The notes below the pieces were generated by a model. That model was not told where the DNA came from. It did no database searches and was given only the letters and a program-made list of their open reading frames with translations. DNA of 64,000 bases, taken from the NCBI GenBank assembly GCA_039915165.1, contig JBDSNU010000018.1, positions 166,617-230,616 of the forward strand, in the 5' to 3' direction. The stretch comes from Minisyncoccota bacterium. GTDB taxonomy: Bacteria; Patescibacteriota; Minisyncoccia; Phycocordibacterales; UBA9973. The translations under genes and the position numbers were made by a program. This document shows positions 22,479 to 31,387 of this stretch, piece by piece (position 1 is the stretch's first letter; the number at the start of each line of letters is the position of its first letter).

Positions 22479-23078
22479 GTGCAAAACGTCGCTCAAAGTT
22501 CAATCAGTTTCGATTCAGTTATCAACTCCGCACAAGGAGTGACGAGAGGTATTTTTTCTACCACACTGCTTACAATTATTTATGTTGTATTGGCAATACT
22601 CGTTGTTGGCCTTATCACCTTGATCTTATTTCTTATTGTTCGCATGTATGAATTACATCGCGAGGCTGAGTTAAAAAAGAAACCTATTGTTGTTCCAGCG
22701 GCAATGCCTACTGTAAGTCAAAGTAGTAATGCAATTGATGCCATCCCATTACCAATGGCAAAAGATAATCCAACGTGGAAACATATTCGCGAACGATTAC
22801 TATCTGAAAATACTAGTGACTGGAAGTTAGCTGTTATTGAAGGTGATATTTATATGGATAAGCTATTGGATGACAATGGCTTTCATGGCGACACTACTGG
22901 AGATAAATTGAAGCAAGTCACTCCTGATAGGCTGCCCTCAATTCAAATTGCCTGGGAAGTACACAAGATTCGTAATCGCATCGCCCATGATGGCGCCGAC
23001 TTTGTACTGACAATGCCCGAGGCCCGCCGATTGATTTCATATTACGAAATTATTTATACTGATCTCAAGGCATTATAA
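22479..23078 (+). CDS. membrane-anchored protein with C-terminal HEPN-like R-x4-H motif
   Basis: N-terminal TM 'LLTIIYVVLAILVVGLITLILFLIV'; C-terminal 'HKIRNRIAHDG' (RNxxAH, DUF4145/HEPN-like). Confidence 0.35.
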   Translation: MQNVAQSSISFDSVINSAQGVTRGIFSTTLLTIIYVVLAILVVGLITLILFLIVRMYELHREAELKKKPIVVPAAMPTVSQSSNAIDAIPLPMAKDNPTWKHIRERLLSENTSDWKLAVIEGDIYMDKLLDDNGFHGDTTGDKLKQVTPDRLPSIQIAWEVHKIRNRIAHDGADFVLTMPEARRLISYYEIIYTDLKAL

Positions 23079-23093
23079 GAGGGAAGCGTAAAA

Positions 23094-23125
23094 CAAAAAC
23101 CAGACAGTGCTGTCTGGTTTTTGTT
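23094..23125 (+). terminator. rho-independent terminator
   Basis: hairpin ccagacagtgctgtctgg + TTTTTGTT. Confidence 0.75.
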
Positions 23126-23131
23126 ATTGTT

Positions 23132-23210
23132 GCGGGGCCAGGAATCGAACCTGGGCCTTAAGGTTATGAGCCTTACGAGATACCACTTCTCTACCCCGCG
23201 ATAGGGTATT
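23132..23210 (-). tRNA. tRNA-Met (CAT), initiator-like (C1:A72 mismatch)
   Basis: CGCGGGG...CCCCGCA acceptor with unpaired C1/A72, anticodon loop CTCATAA, T-arm CCAGG-TTCGATT-CCTGG; architecture parallels bacterial tRNA-fMet. Confidence 0.75.
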
Positions 23211-23333
23211 AGGTTTGGATTGTACAATTCTACGAGGATTATTGCAAGCCATCCTTATTTCTTCTTGAAATATAGCCCAAATATGCTATAGTCTTTTGGC
23301 ACTGATGCACGCCTGTAAATTGGTGTAAAAATT

Positions 23334-23410
23334 GTCGATGTAGCTCAGTTGGTTAGAGCGTAGCACTCATAAAGCTAAGGTCGGAGGATCGTTCCCTCCC
23401 ATCGACACCA
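23334..23410 (+). tRNA. tRNA with CAT anticodon (elongator Met or Ile2), CCA encoded, atypical T-loop
   Basis: acceptor GTCGATG/CATCGAC, D-arm AGCTCAGTTGGTTAGAGC, anticodon loop CTCATAA, T-arm GGAGG-ATCGTTC-CCTCC (A at position 54), 3' CCA. Confidence 0.7.
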
Positions 23411-23564
23411 TACCAGGGTTTCCTGGTATAATTAAAAAAGTACACTGCAGCAATGCATTCGTACCGTCCTCAATATGCGGTCGTACCCGCCCGAACGTAT
23501 CGATTTAAATGATCAATTCAATATTCGGTACGGGCGGGGCTCTGCTGGTTAGAGCGATCAATAT

Positions 23565-23804
23565 ATGTATACTGTCTACGTCTTACAAGATGACAAAGGT
23601 AATTTCTATAAAGGATTCACCAATGATCTTGCTAGACGTTTCAGTGAGCATGTAACTGGTCAAACCAAAACAACCAGAAAGATGTCTGGATTAAAAATTG
23701 TATACACTGAAGAATACGAGACATTACAAGAAGCTCGTACCAGAGAAGTTTATTTTAAAACTTCTGCTGGTCGAAGATTCTTGAAAGAAAAATTGCGGTC
23801 GTAG
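23565..23804 (+). CDS. small GIY-YIG nuclease-domain protein
   Basis: 'VYVLQDDKGNFYKGFTNDLARRFSEH' GIY-YIG core; 79 aa; stop abuts tRNA-Asp. Confidence 0.7.
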   Translation: MYTVYVLQDDKGNFYKGFTNDLARRFSEHVTGQTKTTRKMSGLKIVYTEEYETLQEARTREVYFKTSAGRRFLKEKLRS

Positions 23805-23878
23805 CTCAGCTGGTTAGAGCGCCCGCCTGTCACGCGGGAGGTCGGCGGTTCAAGTCCGCTCGATCGCGCAGAACTGGA
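23805..23878 (+). tRNA. tRNA-Asp (GTC)
   Basis: acceptor GCGGTCG/CGATCGC, anticodon stem CCCGC/GCGGG with loop CTGTCAC, T-loop TTCAAGT. Confidence 0.85.
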
Positions 23879-25479
23879 CAAAGCACCCCTAAACGGGTGT
23901 TTTGTCCTTTTATGGCAAAGGTTTTTCTCAGTTCCGACCGATTTATTTCCTTCTCAACGGCCTTACGCTTCTTATTGATCGGTTCTAGCCATATACACGG
24001 TAAAATAAAGAGTTCTTCGTCCTTTATGGTGTGGTTCCAACCAAGATCCATAAGTATGCTTTTCTTCTCCTCTAGGGATGTTTCAGGGTTATCAAATTTG
24101 GCTTTGGCGGTATGAGCAAAGTTAAAGACCTTTTCAGTGTGCTGTAGCCAGTTACGGCCAGAATCCTGTGTTTCGCCAGCCTTTTGCTTTAAGACTGCCA
24201 TTCGGTCAGTCAAAGCCTTCTTTCTCGTGGCATATTGCTCATCATTGATAAGCTCACGCATTCGCATCGTTATAAGGCTGTCCAGCTCCCTCTGGGAGGT
24301 TTCTATGGCACTTATTTGTGATTGGTACACTGCTTCTCGTTCCTCTGCTTCCTCGGAGTATTCTTCCTGTAAAATGCGTAAAGCCCAGTCTCGGAATTTC
24401 TCTGAAATGGTGTACTTATCTATTTCTGTTTTAATCATCGTTTCTACATCTCCCACGGGCATGTATTTTCTCTGGGTGCAGTCCTGGGCTCCTTTCTTGC
24501 GGTGGGAACAATAATAGAACGTATAATCTTTGAGCTCATTGGTAGTTTTTACAAGCTTGGTTTTTTCACAAGCAGTAATGCTACTACCACACTCACCACA
24601 AAGCATGGCTCCTGTATAAGCAAACTCATGCGTTTTAGCCCGAGGTTTTCCATATCGTCCCAGAAGTTTTTGGACCTTATCAAATTCCGCAGTTGTTACC
24701 ATTGGTTCATGCTCACCGTTACTGAGCTCGCCTCTGTATAAAAACATACCCGTAAAAAAGATATTCGTAAAAATACCGTACATCGTACTTTTGTTAATTG
24801 GATTACCGCCGCGATGTCGTGTTTGTCGTGTTCTCATGCCCCAATCGTCATTCATTATTTTCAAAAGCTTGGGAATAGTGTATTCACCAGTCAGCATTAA
24901 CTGCCAGGCTTTCTTAACCAATTCAAAACGCTCTGGGTCATTGATGATATAGTTTTCTCCACGGACCTCATGTTTTGTATTTAAGTATCCGAGTGGTGCA
25001 AGAATAGGAGCATGACCCTTTGCGACTTTACTGTTTATTCCTCGGCGAACGCCCACTTTCATATCCAAAATAAACTGGTTAGCACTGCCACTTTCCACAC
25101 TGAAAATAATGGCATTGTCATTGGGCTTATATTCTCGGCTCGGCGTAAGAATTGATTGTATCAATCCCTGTTGGAGCATCCATTGGAGCTTGCCACTGTC
25201 GACTGGGTTTCTTGAGAGACGATTTAAGTTATAACAAATTATGCCGTTTGCTTCACCGTTGGTAACACGCTCAAGCATGGCATCGAAGATTGGTCGTTTG
25301 TTTGGTTCTTTTGCCGAACCTTCTTCAGTCAAAACATCTACTGGTTTTATACCGTAGCGTTTTGCAACCGCTTCGTCTTCTCGGAGCTGGTCCGGGATAG
25401 ATTGAGCCTGTTTTTCATCTCCTTCTTGCGACTTGCGAGCATAAATGAAGTATTTAATTTTTGAATAATCATTAGTCAT
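23830..25479 (-). CDS. large serine recombinase (resolvase-type catalytic domain + recombinase domain + zinc ribbon)
   Basis: N-terminal 'YARKSQEGDEKQAQSIPDQ' (catalytic Ser/Arg region), C-terminal 'CGECGSS...YYCSHRKKGAQDC'; 549 aa; 3' end overlaps tRNA-Asp antisense. Confidence 0.75.
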   Translation of the reverse strand: MTNDYSKIKYFIYARKSQEGDEKQAQSIPDQLREDEAVAKRYGIKPVDVLTEEGSAKEPNKRPIFDAMLERVTNGEANGIICYNLNRLSRNPVDSGKLQWMLQQGLIQSILTPSREYKPNDNAIIFSVESGSANQFILDMKVGVRRGINSKVAKGHAPILAPLGYLNTKHEVRGENYIINDPERFELVKKAWQLMLTGEYTIPKLLKIMNDDWGMRTRQTRHRGGNPINKSTMYGIFTNIFFTGMFLYRGELSNGEHEPMVTTAEFDKVQKLLGRYGKPRAKTHEFAYTGAMLCGECGSSITACEKTKLVKTTNELKDYTFYYCSHRKKGAQDCTQRKYMPVGDVETMIKTEIDKYTISEKFRDWALRILQEEYSEEAEEREAVYQSQISAIETSQRELDSLITMRMRELINDEQYATRKKALTDRMAVLKQKAGETQDSGRNWLQHTEKVFNFAHTAKAKFDNPETSLEEKKSILMDLGWNHTIKDEELFILPCIWLEPINKKRKAVEKEINRSELRKTFAIKGQNTRLGVLCPVLRDRADLNRRPPA

Positions 25480-25480
25480 A

Positions 25481-25654
25481 TTACTTGTTACTTGCCTTCT
25501 TCAAGGAGGCATCAAAATCCTTTTTCTCAATGCGGAACTCTTTGCCGAGCTTATAGGCCTTGAGCTTCTTTGCGCCAATCCATCGATAGATCGTCATAAC
25601 ATTCATCCCTAGTTTGTCGGCCAAATCTTTGGCGGTATAAAAGTCTTTTTCCAT
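25481..25654 (-). CDS. small HTH DNA-binding protein (excisionase/AlpA/MerR-like)
   Basis: 57-aa ORF (below ORF-track cutoff) 'MEKDFYTAKDLADKLGMNVMTIYRWIGAKKLKAYKLGKEFRIEKKDF...'; 2 nt upstream of recombinase start. Confidence 0.5.
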   Translation of the reverse strand: MEKDFYTAKDLADKLGMNVMTIYRWIGAKKLKAYKLGKEFRIEKKDFDASLKKASNK

Positions 25655-25691
25655 ATCTTAATAATACTTTACTATTCTTTACATTGCAAGT

Positions 25692-26807
25692 CTATGAAAT
25701 ACGCTTCATTAACTTCTCCAAAATAGCTTTTTCTTGTTCTGAGAGCATAAGGCTATTGCTTGCGCCTTCCTGGACATCTTTCAATTTCTGAACGATTTTA
25801 ACGGCACTTTCACTGTTCATACTGCCGTAGCCATATGATCCAAAAGTGGTACCGACATTCTCATGTCCTAGATTCATACTGATTGCTCGCTTTTCCTCCT
25901 CAGTCAGTCGCTTCTTGCTCAGAATGTTTACGACCAAGTGGCGGAATGAGTGCGGATGGAAATAGGGCAGGGATACGTTCTTGCATCGTTTCTCAAAAAC
26001 CTTGCGTGCTGCTCCTGTGGCCACCCAAGCATTTTGCCCGACTGTTTGTTTACTGTAGCTGTGTTCTCCATCGACAAAAGCTCCTTCTGTTATCGGAAAG
26101 ATTGGGTCATCAGACTGAAAGTCCTTGGACTCAAGGTATTCATACCATTCCATAAAATACTTTTCTGGATCGTCCCAGCCAATAGGGAAGAAAGTAGTGA
26201 GTATTCTTTTTGAGTTCTTTGTTTTTACTCCGTCACCTGGGTTCTGATCTATTTGCTTCAGTTCCTTATCAAAGGATTTCATTTTCAGTGAAATGATGGC
26301 AGAAATACGAGCACCAGTGATGAGAGCGAAGGAGATAAGAGCTCGATCGCGCATTTCAATTTCTGACTTCCCATTAATACCTTCAATTATTTTTCTGACA
26401 TCATCAAATGTGGGCATTTTCTTTGTGGTCCCTGATCGTGCTATTTGAGCATCAGCTTTTGAGAGACGTAAATAGTCCACATCGCTTTTGAGTATCTTGC
26501 TCTTGTAGCCTGGTTGTTCTGATAGCCATATAAAAAACTTCTTTACACGGCGCAGGTAGTTGGACTGAGTAACAAGCGATATTTTCCCTGACTTTGTTTT
26601 TGAAGGTCGAGTATTGATCCAGTCTGCAAATCCAATTGCCCTGGACTTATCGTAAGCGGAAAAGTCTTCATTTTTGGTGAAAGTTTCCCATTGGTTAATT
26701 GCATCAGCATGGGTAATCACGGAACTTTTGGCAAAACCACGAGCTCCTTTTAACTGTTCAAAGAACTCTCTTTTTATGCGCTCATTTTCATAGGTTGTTT
26801 TTGTCAT
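25692..26807 (-). CDS. tyrosine-type site-specific recombinase/integrase
   Basis: box I 'ALITGARISAI', box II 'HPHSFRHLVVN', catalytic Tyr region 'LGHENVGTTFGSYGY'; N-terminal SAM-like domain. Confidence 0.8.
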   Translation of the reverse strand: MTKTTYENERIKREFFEQLKGARGFAKSSVITHADAINQWETFTKNEDFSAYDKSRAIGFADWINTRPSKTKSGKISLVTQSNYLRRVKKFFIWLSEQPGYKSKILKSDVDYLRLSKADAQIARSGTTKKMPTFDDVRKIIEGINGKSEIEMRDRALISFALITGARISAIISLKMKSFDKELKQIDQNPGDGVKTKNSKRILTTFFPIGWDDPEKYFMEWYEYLESKDFQSDDPIFPITEGAFVDGEHSYSKQTVGQNAWVATGAARKVFEKRCKNVSLPYFHPHSFRHLVVNILSKKRLTEEEKRAISMNLGHENVGTTFGSYGYGSMNSESAVKIVQKLKDVQEGASNSLMLSEQEKAILEKLMKRIS

Positions 26808-27046
26808 AGAGGTTTATTGAAGGGTAAGGGAGTTGGCTTAAATGGTTTCAACGCACTTACCATGTTTTCGAGTAATGTAATGCCAGGCAGTAAATCATTT
26901 GCCGCCTGAAGCTGTTTTTTCTTGATACAGGCTTTCTGTATTTTTTTCAGATGTTCTATTTCTGACTCCAGTGCTGACGTAACAAATGGGACATTTTTAG
27001 GACTGATATTGAGAGGTATTTTTTCCTCAATGGGTGTTATTTCCAT
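26804..27046 (-). CDS. hypothetical small protein upstream of integrase
   Basis: 80-aa ORF overlapping integrase start by 4 nt. Confidence 0.3.
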   Translation of the reverse strand: MEITPIEEKIPLNISPKNVPFVTSALESEIEHLKKIQKACIKKKQLQAANDLLPGITLLENMVSALKPFKPTPLPFNKPL

Positions 27047-27163
27047 AAATTATTTTGGATTATTTTAGTAAGGTATTTTGTCATCGTAATAAGATGCATG
27101 ATTAGTGGTTATAGAGGACATTTAAGTGGGAAGGGAGAATATCATATAGTCCTTTTGGGAGAG

Positions 27164-27508
27164 TTAGATTGTCCGACTCATTCTTCCGTTACAGACACGA
27201 CATAGGGCCATTTTTTGTTTCTGCAGCTTTCTGAGTGAGCCCCGTTTCGCACTTCTTGCGGCTTTGCAGGTAAGACAATAAAACTCACTCCGCTTCAGTT
27301 TGGTTTTCTTTTTCAAGTCCTTTTTTCTTAGAAACTCCTTTATGTCCGAGCCAAGTATGAGGATCCGCTTTTTACCGTTAGTGATGATTGGGAGGCCGTT
27401 TTCTATCCAGCGATGGCAAGTCTTTTCACTGACCTCCAAGCTCTCTGACATTTGTTTAATCGTATAGCTCATTGAGCCATAGATTTTTTGACGGTTAATC
27501 CTTGTCAT
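27164..27508 (-). CDS. HTH + C-terminal zinc-ribbon DNA-binding protein
   Basis: 'YTIKQMSESLEVSEKTCHRWIENG' HTH; 'CLTCKAA...CRVCNG' Cys4. Confidence 0.4.
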   Translation of the reverse strand: MTRINRQKIYGSMSYTIKQMSESLEVSEKTCHRWIENGLPIITNGKKRILILGSDIKEFLRKKDLKKKTKLKRSEFYCLTCKAARSAKRGSLRKLQKQKMALCRVCNGRMSRTI

Positions 27509-27695
27509 CGGATTATTTGCGAGGAATAATAATCGTTCGGTCTTTCTTTTGAGCCGTCGGACGATATATCAAAGAAATCAAATGCAAAAGCTTCGTGCCA
27601 TTTTCATAGGCATCTTCTTTGCTGATTTCTACTCCAAAGTGTTCTTTGTACAACTGTTGGAACTCTTTGATATGTTCGTCTGAAAGGACCACGAG

Positions 27696-27977
27696 TTACT
27701 CGCTGTACAGCTTGTTCTTAAGGGCTTTCAGATGGTCAAAGTATGATCTGGCTTTGACTTCCAATTTGTCGCTGAAATATTTATTGGCTACTTCTTCAAT
27801 GCCAGCTTCTTTCTTAAACACAAACAGTGCTTTGCGTGGGTCACTTTTTTGGACCGTGAGAAGCTCAAAATCCGCACAGAGGAGTGCGGCTGATACACCG
27901 AGGTCGTAGGTAGTCCATACAAACGATGGGTCATCGAGCGGTATATTGCTCGATGACGATACTTTATTACTTTTCAT
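27696..27977 (-). CDS. DUF5659-like small protein (often integrase-associated)
   Basis: 'TTYDLGVSAALLCADFELLTVQK...ALFVFKKE' pattern; 93 aa. Confidence 0.3.
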   Translation of the reverse strand: MKSNKVSSSSNIPLDDPSFVWTTYDLGVSAALLCADFELLTVQKSDPRKALFVFKKEAGIEEVANKYFSDKLEVKARSYFDHLKALKNKLYSE

Positions 27978-28154
27978 ATAGTAATGTTGTTAGGGATTTG
28001 TAATAGGGTGCATAACGACTATGCACTGTATTAATCTTGGTCTTCTAACAATGTTCTGCGTATTTCTTGTGATTTCTGGAAATAAAAAAACACCCTTGTT
28101 ATTCAAGAGTGTTTTATGGAAGCAATAGAGATTTTTTCAAGAAAAGTCACTGCA

Positions 28155-28180
28155 ATAAAAAAAGAGCCCGAAGGCTCTTG
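28155..28180 (-). terminator. rho-independent terminator (minus strand)
   Basis: hairpin agagcccgaaggctct preceded by A9 (T-tract on minus). Confidence 0.7.
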
Positions 28181-28189
28181 AGTGGTGAT

Positions 28190-29086
28190 TTAATTTGGTA
28201 ACTTTAGCTCACACTCCTTTAGCAGGATAAACTTGCTCACAAGCCCATACTTTAGGGCGAGTGTCTTAAAGTCATCAAGATGGTCTGCCCCATAGAGGAC
28301 AACGGCTTTTTTCTTGCGGCCTTTCTTCAAAAGCTCTTCTGCCGTTCTTGCAAGGGCGATTTCGTTCCTGCATCTAATCAGAAGCGGAACGAACTGGTTG
28401 ATAATCTTGGACCGAGTACTACTCGAAACGCTGTTTTCGTCCATCTTAAGGATTTCTGATTCAGCGAAGTTTATCCAATACGGGTTAGTGCCAATAACAT
28501 AGGGCTTTTGCTGGTTTTTCATAAGCCTGTCTACAACGTAGTCATACTTACGAAATCGCTCAAACACTGCAACCGCACGCTGGGCTGGGATGATCGTATC
28601 GATTCCGTACCTGAGCTTCGCGTCCTTACTTACGTCTGCAACAGTTTCCTGTACAAGGTTCTGGTATCTAATCCTGCCGTGAGCGGTAGAGTGCTCGGCC
28701 CCGATAAACAGATACTTGCTTGTATCAATAAGGTTGCCTATAGCGCATTGGCATTTGCCAATAACGGTGTCACTAACAGGCTGCTGCATACCAAATGAGC
28801 TATGAAGCATACCAATGAAATCAATCTTTACTCCCTTAATTGAGTCAAGCACTTTTGTTTCTGCTACTAAGTGCGGATAATCTGCCTTAATAGAGTCGAG
28901 CAGGGTAGCAAGTACTGGTTCTGAAAAAGCACCGAACCATTGGGGTAATTCTCCAATCGCACCTTCCGCAGCTATGGTTGCGTGCGGGGAATTTTGAAAG
29001 TCGTTTGATTGCTGTTGCTCATGGTTTTCATGGCAAGAGAAAAGGCTAAATAACAAGCCAGAGAGAAGAATAAAGACTTTTTTCAT
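28190..29086 (-). CDS. lipoprotein, TraB/GumN-family-like
   Basis: lipobox 'LLSGLLFSLFSC'; 'IDFIGMLHSSFG' and 'VLYGADHLDD' resemble the two conserved TraB/GumN motifs. Confidence 0.35.
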   Translation of the reverse strand: MKKVFILLSGLLFSLFSCHENHEQQQSNDFQNSPHATIAAEGAIGELPQWFGAFSEPVLATLLDSIKADYPHLVAETKVLDSIKGVKIDFIGMLHSSFGMQQPVSDTVIGKCQCAIGNLIDTSKYLFIGAEHSTAHGRIRYQNLVQETVADVSKDAKLRYGIDTIIPAQRAVAVFERFRKYDYVVDRLMKNQQKPYVIGTNPYWINFAESEILKMDENSVSSSTRSKIINQFVPLLIRCRNEIALARTAEELLKKGRKKKAVVLYGADHLDDFKTLALKYGLVSKFILLKECELKLPN

Positions 29087-29177
29087 ATCTTTTATTTTAT
29101 GGTTTAAGTAACTATTGTTTTCATCACAATAGCATATTTATTAAAAAAGTCAAATATAGTGCAATGAAATAAAAAGA

Positions 29178-29214
29178 AACCCCTGCTATGAAGCAAGGGG
29201 CTTTTTGTTTTTTT
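29178..29214. terminator. bidirectional terminator
   Basis: hairpin cccctgc-N7-gcaagggg with flanking A- and T-tracts. Confidence 0.6.
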
Positions 29215-29224
29215 GATCTGATTA

Positions 29225-29683
29225 CTAAGGCTGAATGTTGATAAGCTGGGAATACTGACTGGCATACATATACGATGTCGAGGACTTGGTCTGGCTTTGG
29301 TCCTGATATTGAACGATGACGTATATTTGAAATACCTTTCCAAACTGAGTGTATCCGCCAGTATTCTGGTTATCAAACCCAGGCAGCGTAAACGTCTCCG
29401 CGCCATCATCCGCAGTCCCGTCACCATCTGGTGGACCATAAATAGTCTGTGGTACTAACGGGATGTATCCACCATATGTTGTATACATTTCAGCCGTTAC
29501 GGAGCTCCCTTCGGGCATACCAGCCGTCTTCCAGGTAATCGAGATTGCGCCATGCGGATGGTACACAATATCCTTAACGCTAATCGTTATGGAAGGTGTA
29601 ATCGCTGGGTTAATAATCGTTTCTTTCTTACAAGACAGCAGGGTGGTCATTACAACCATTGCGAGTAATAGGGTTCTTTTCAT
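29225..29683 (-). CDS. lipoprotein, hypothetical
   Basis: 'MKRTLLLAMVVMTTLLSC' lipobox. Confidence 0.45.
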   Translation of the reverse strand: MKRTLLLAMVVMTTLLSCKKETIINPAITPSITISVKDIVYHPHGAISITWKTAGMPEGSSVTAEMYTTYGGYIPLVPQTIYGPPDGDGTADDGAETFTLPGFDNQNTGGYTQFGKVFQIYVIVQYQDQSQTKSSTSYMYASQYSQLINIQP

Positions 29684-29774
29684 CTTTATTGTTTTTAAGT
29701 TTGATTTTATATTAACACAATTTATATAAAAAGTCAATAGAACAAAAGCTTATCAAGTTAGCTATACTTTTGGC

Positions 29775-30629
29775 ATGAATAACAAAGTCATTGTGCCCGT
29801 CCTTATCGGTATTATTATCATCGGAGGGATGGCGTACGCTTCCATACTGAGGAAGTCTCCAACAGTAAATTCTCCAACAGCAGAGACTGCTTCTACAATA
29901 TCTCCTGCCTCTACTTCAACAGACCCTAACCAACCACAATCCGTTGCCTCAGCCACAGCTTCATCAAAAGACTGCAGTACTGACATGGGTTGTTTTATTG
30001 CTCAGGCGAATACCTGCGGTCCTGCATCCGTGGAGTTCACCGCTACCATTCTCAAGGGACTAACAGGAACTTCCCATATCGTTATTGGTAAAAGTACAAA
30101 AGCTGGCTCATGTACATTTAACCAGCGGACTGACAAGGTTACAGTGCGTGGACAGAGTGACACCTCTACAGTAGGGACCACAATAGCTTGTCCAGCTATT
30201 CCATCGGCGAAACTTGCCGCAATCCTTACCAATTGGAATGAAAGCACTTTCAGTTCTGAAGACTTCGATGGATATAACTGCAAGACCACTCTTCCAAAGG
30301 CGCTGATTGATGCAATGGCTAAGCAAGACAATACAACACCAGTTGACTCGCAGCCTGACGCCAATACTGCCCACGAGACATTCACGGGATTGGGCGAGGG
30401 CAGTTCTGTCGGTAGAAACGCATACCAGTTTTATGTATCTACAGTAACAAGTAATACAGCTACTATTAAATTGACGGGCCCAGAGGTTAACAATGTGCTT
30501 CCTCCTTCTGTTACTGTCACTCTTACGCTCAATGTTCCTCAATCATACTTAGGCTACAGCTTTACATTGACTGGTGTTAAGTATGACTACGATGAATACA
30601 TCGGAACGATAACCGTAAACCAACTATAA
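29775..30629 (+). CDS. secreted hypothetical protein
   Basis: N-terminal TM/signal, Ser/Thr/Pro linker, Cys-containing globular domain. Confidence 0.4.
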   Translation: MNNKVIVPVLIGIIIIGGMAYASILRKSPTVNSPTAETASTISPASTSTDPNQPQSVASATASSKDCSTDMGCFIAQANTCGPASVEFTATILKGLTGTSHIVIGKSTKAGSCTFNQRTDKVTVRGQSDTSTVGTTIACPAIPSAKLAAILTNWNESTFSSEDFDGYNCKTTLPKALIDAMAKQDNTTPVDSQPDANTAHETFTGLGEGSSVGRNAYQFYVSTVTSNTATIKLTGPEVNNVLPPSVTVTLTLNVPQSYLGYSFTLTGVKYDYDEYIGTITVNQL

Positions 30630-30636
30630 TAACAAT

Positions 30637-31284
30637 ATGAAAATAATAAATCAGACAGTTGATCGGATGGAATTGAAAGATGGAAGCGGAGGAAGGATTT
30701 TCTTCGGGCTCGTATTTGTTATTGCAGGTATCGGCAGTAGCTACGTTGCATATGCAAATCATACTGGCGGCTTCTTCCCATATATATTTTCAGCTGTATT
30801 TGCGGTGATAGGTTTGCTGACAGCGGTTAATGCACCCTTTATAAATGTTTCTATCGATAAGTCTGCTGGAAAAATTGTTATCAAGAAAAAGACCATGATA
30901 AGTGGCAGCAACAGTGAATACGATCTAACAAATGTTCAGACCGTGGAGCTTCGCGAGGGTACATATATCATTCAAAATAACAATGGTCAGCAACAGGGAT
31001 TTTCAATGCAATCAACTGCACAGCAGGGACTTTCGTATCAGACCATACTCGTAATGAAAGATGGAACAGAGGTACCCTTGGAAAACATTAAAAACCCATC
31101 GTCAAATTCCAATACGATAAATATCATGGGCGCAAGCACCCCCGTATTGATGGGTGGCAGGGGAGCAATGTTCGCAATATCAAATCAGGTCGCGCAGTTT
31201 ATCGGCGTTCCTTTTAAGGAAATCATGCCAAATGGTATGGCAGCAAACGCTCCTCTAGTTAATTCTTCTGAAATAGTCAATTAA
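30637..31284 (+). CDS. hypothetical membrane protein (2 TM + beta-rich domain)
   Basis: two N-terminal hydrophobic helices; 8-nt spacing to upstream gene. Confidence 0.4.
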   Translation: MKIINQTVDRMELKDGSGGRIFFGLVFVIAGIGSSYVAYANHTGGFFPYIFSAVFAVIGLLTAVNAPFINVSIDKSAGKIVIKKKTMISGSNSEYDLTNVQTVELREGTYIIQNNNGQQQGFSMQSTAQQGLSYQTILVMKDGTEVPLENIKNPSSNSNTINIMGASTPVLMGGRGAMFAISNQVAQFIGVPFKEIMPNGMAANAPLVNSSEIVN

Positions 31285-31387
31285 GACGCTCAACAACAGT
31301 CTTTGTGTGCATCCTAAGCTAGGGGTATTAAAAACAGCGTAAAGGTGTTAAATTACCCTCATCCAGTAATGGACCATTACAATTACT

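Noticed and set aside
23410-23440. Hairpin accagg-gttt-cctggt after tRNA-Met considered as a terminator
   Set aside because: It is followed by an A-tract, not a T-tract, on the plus strand, and is wrongly oriented for the minus strand. Not called.
27619-27909. Plus-strand 96-aa ORF
   Set aside because: Antisense to the DUF5659-like gene. Serine/Leu-rich shadow translation.
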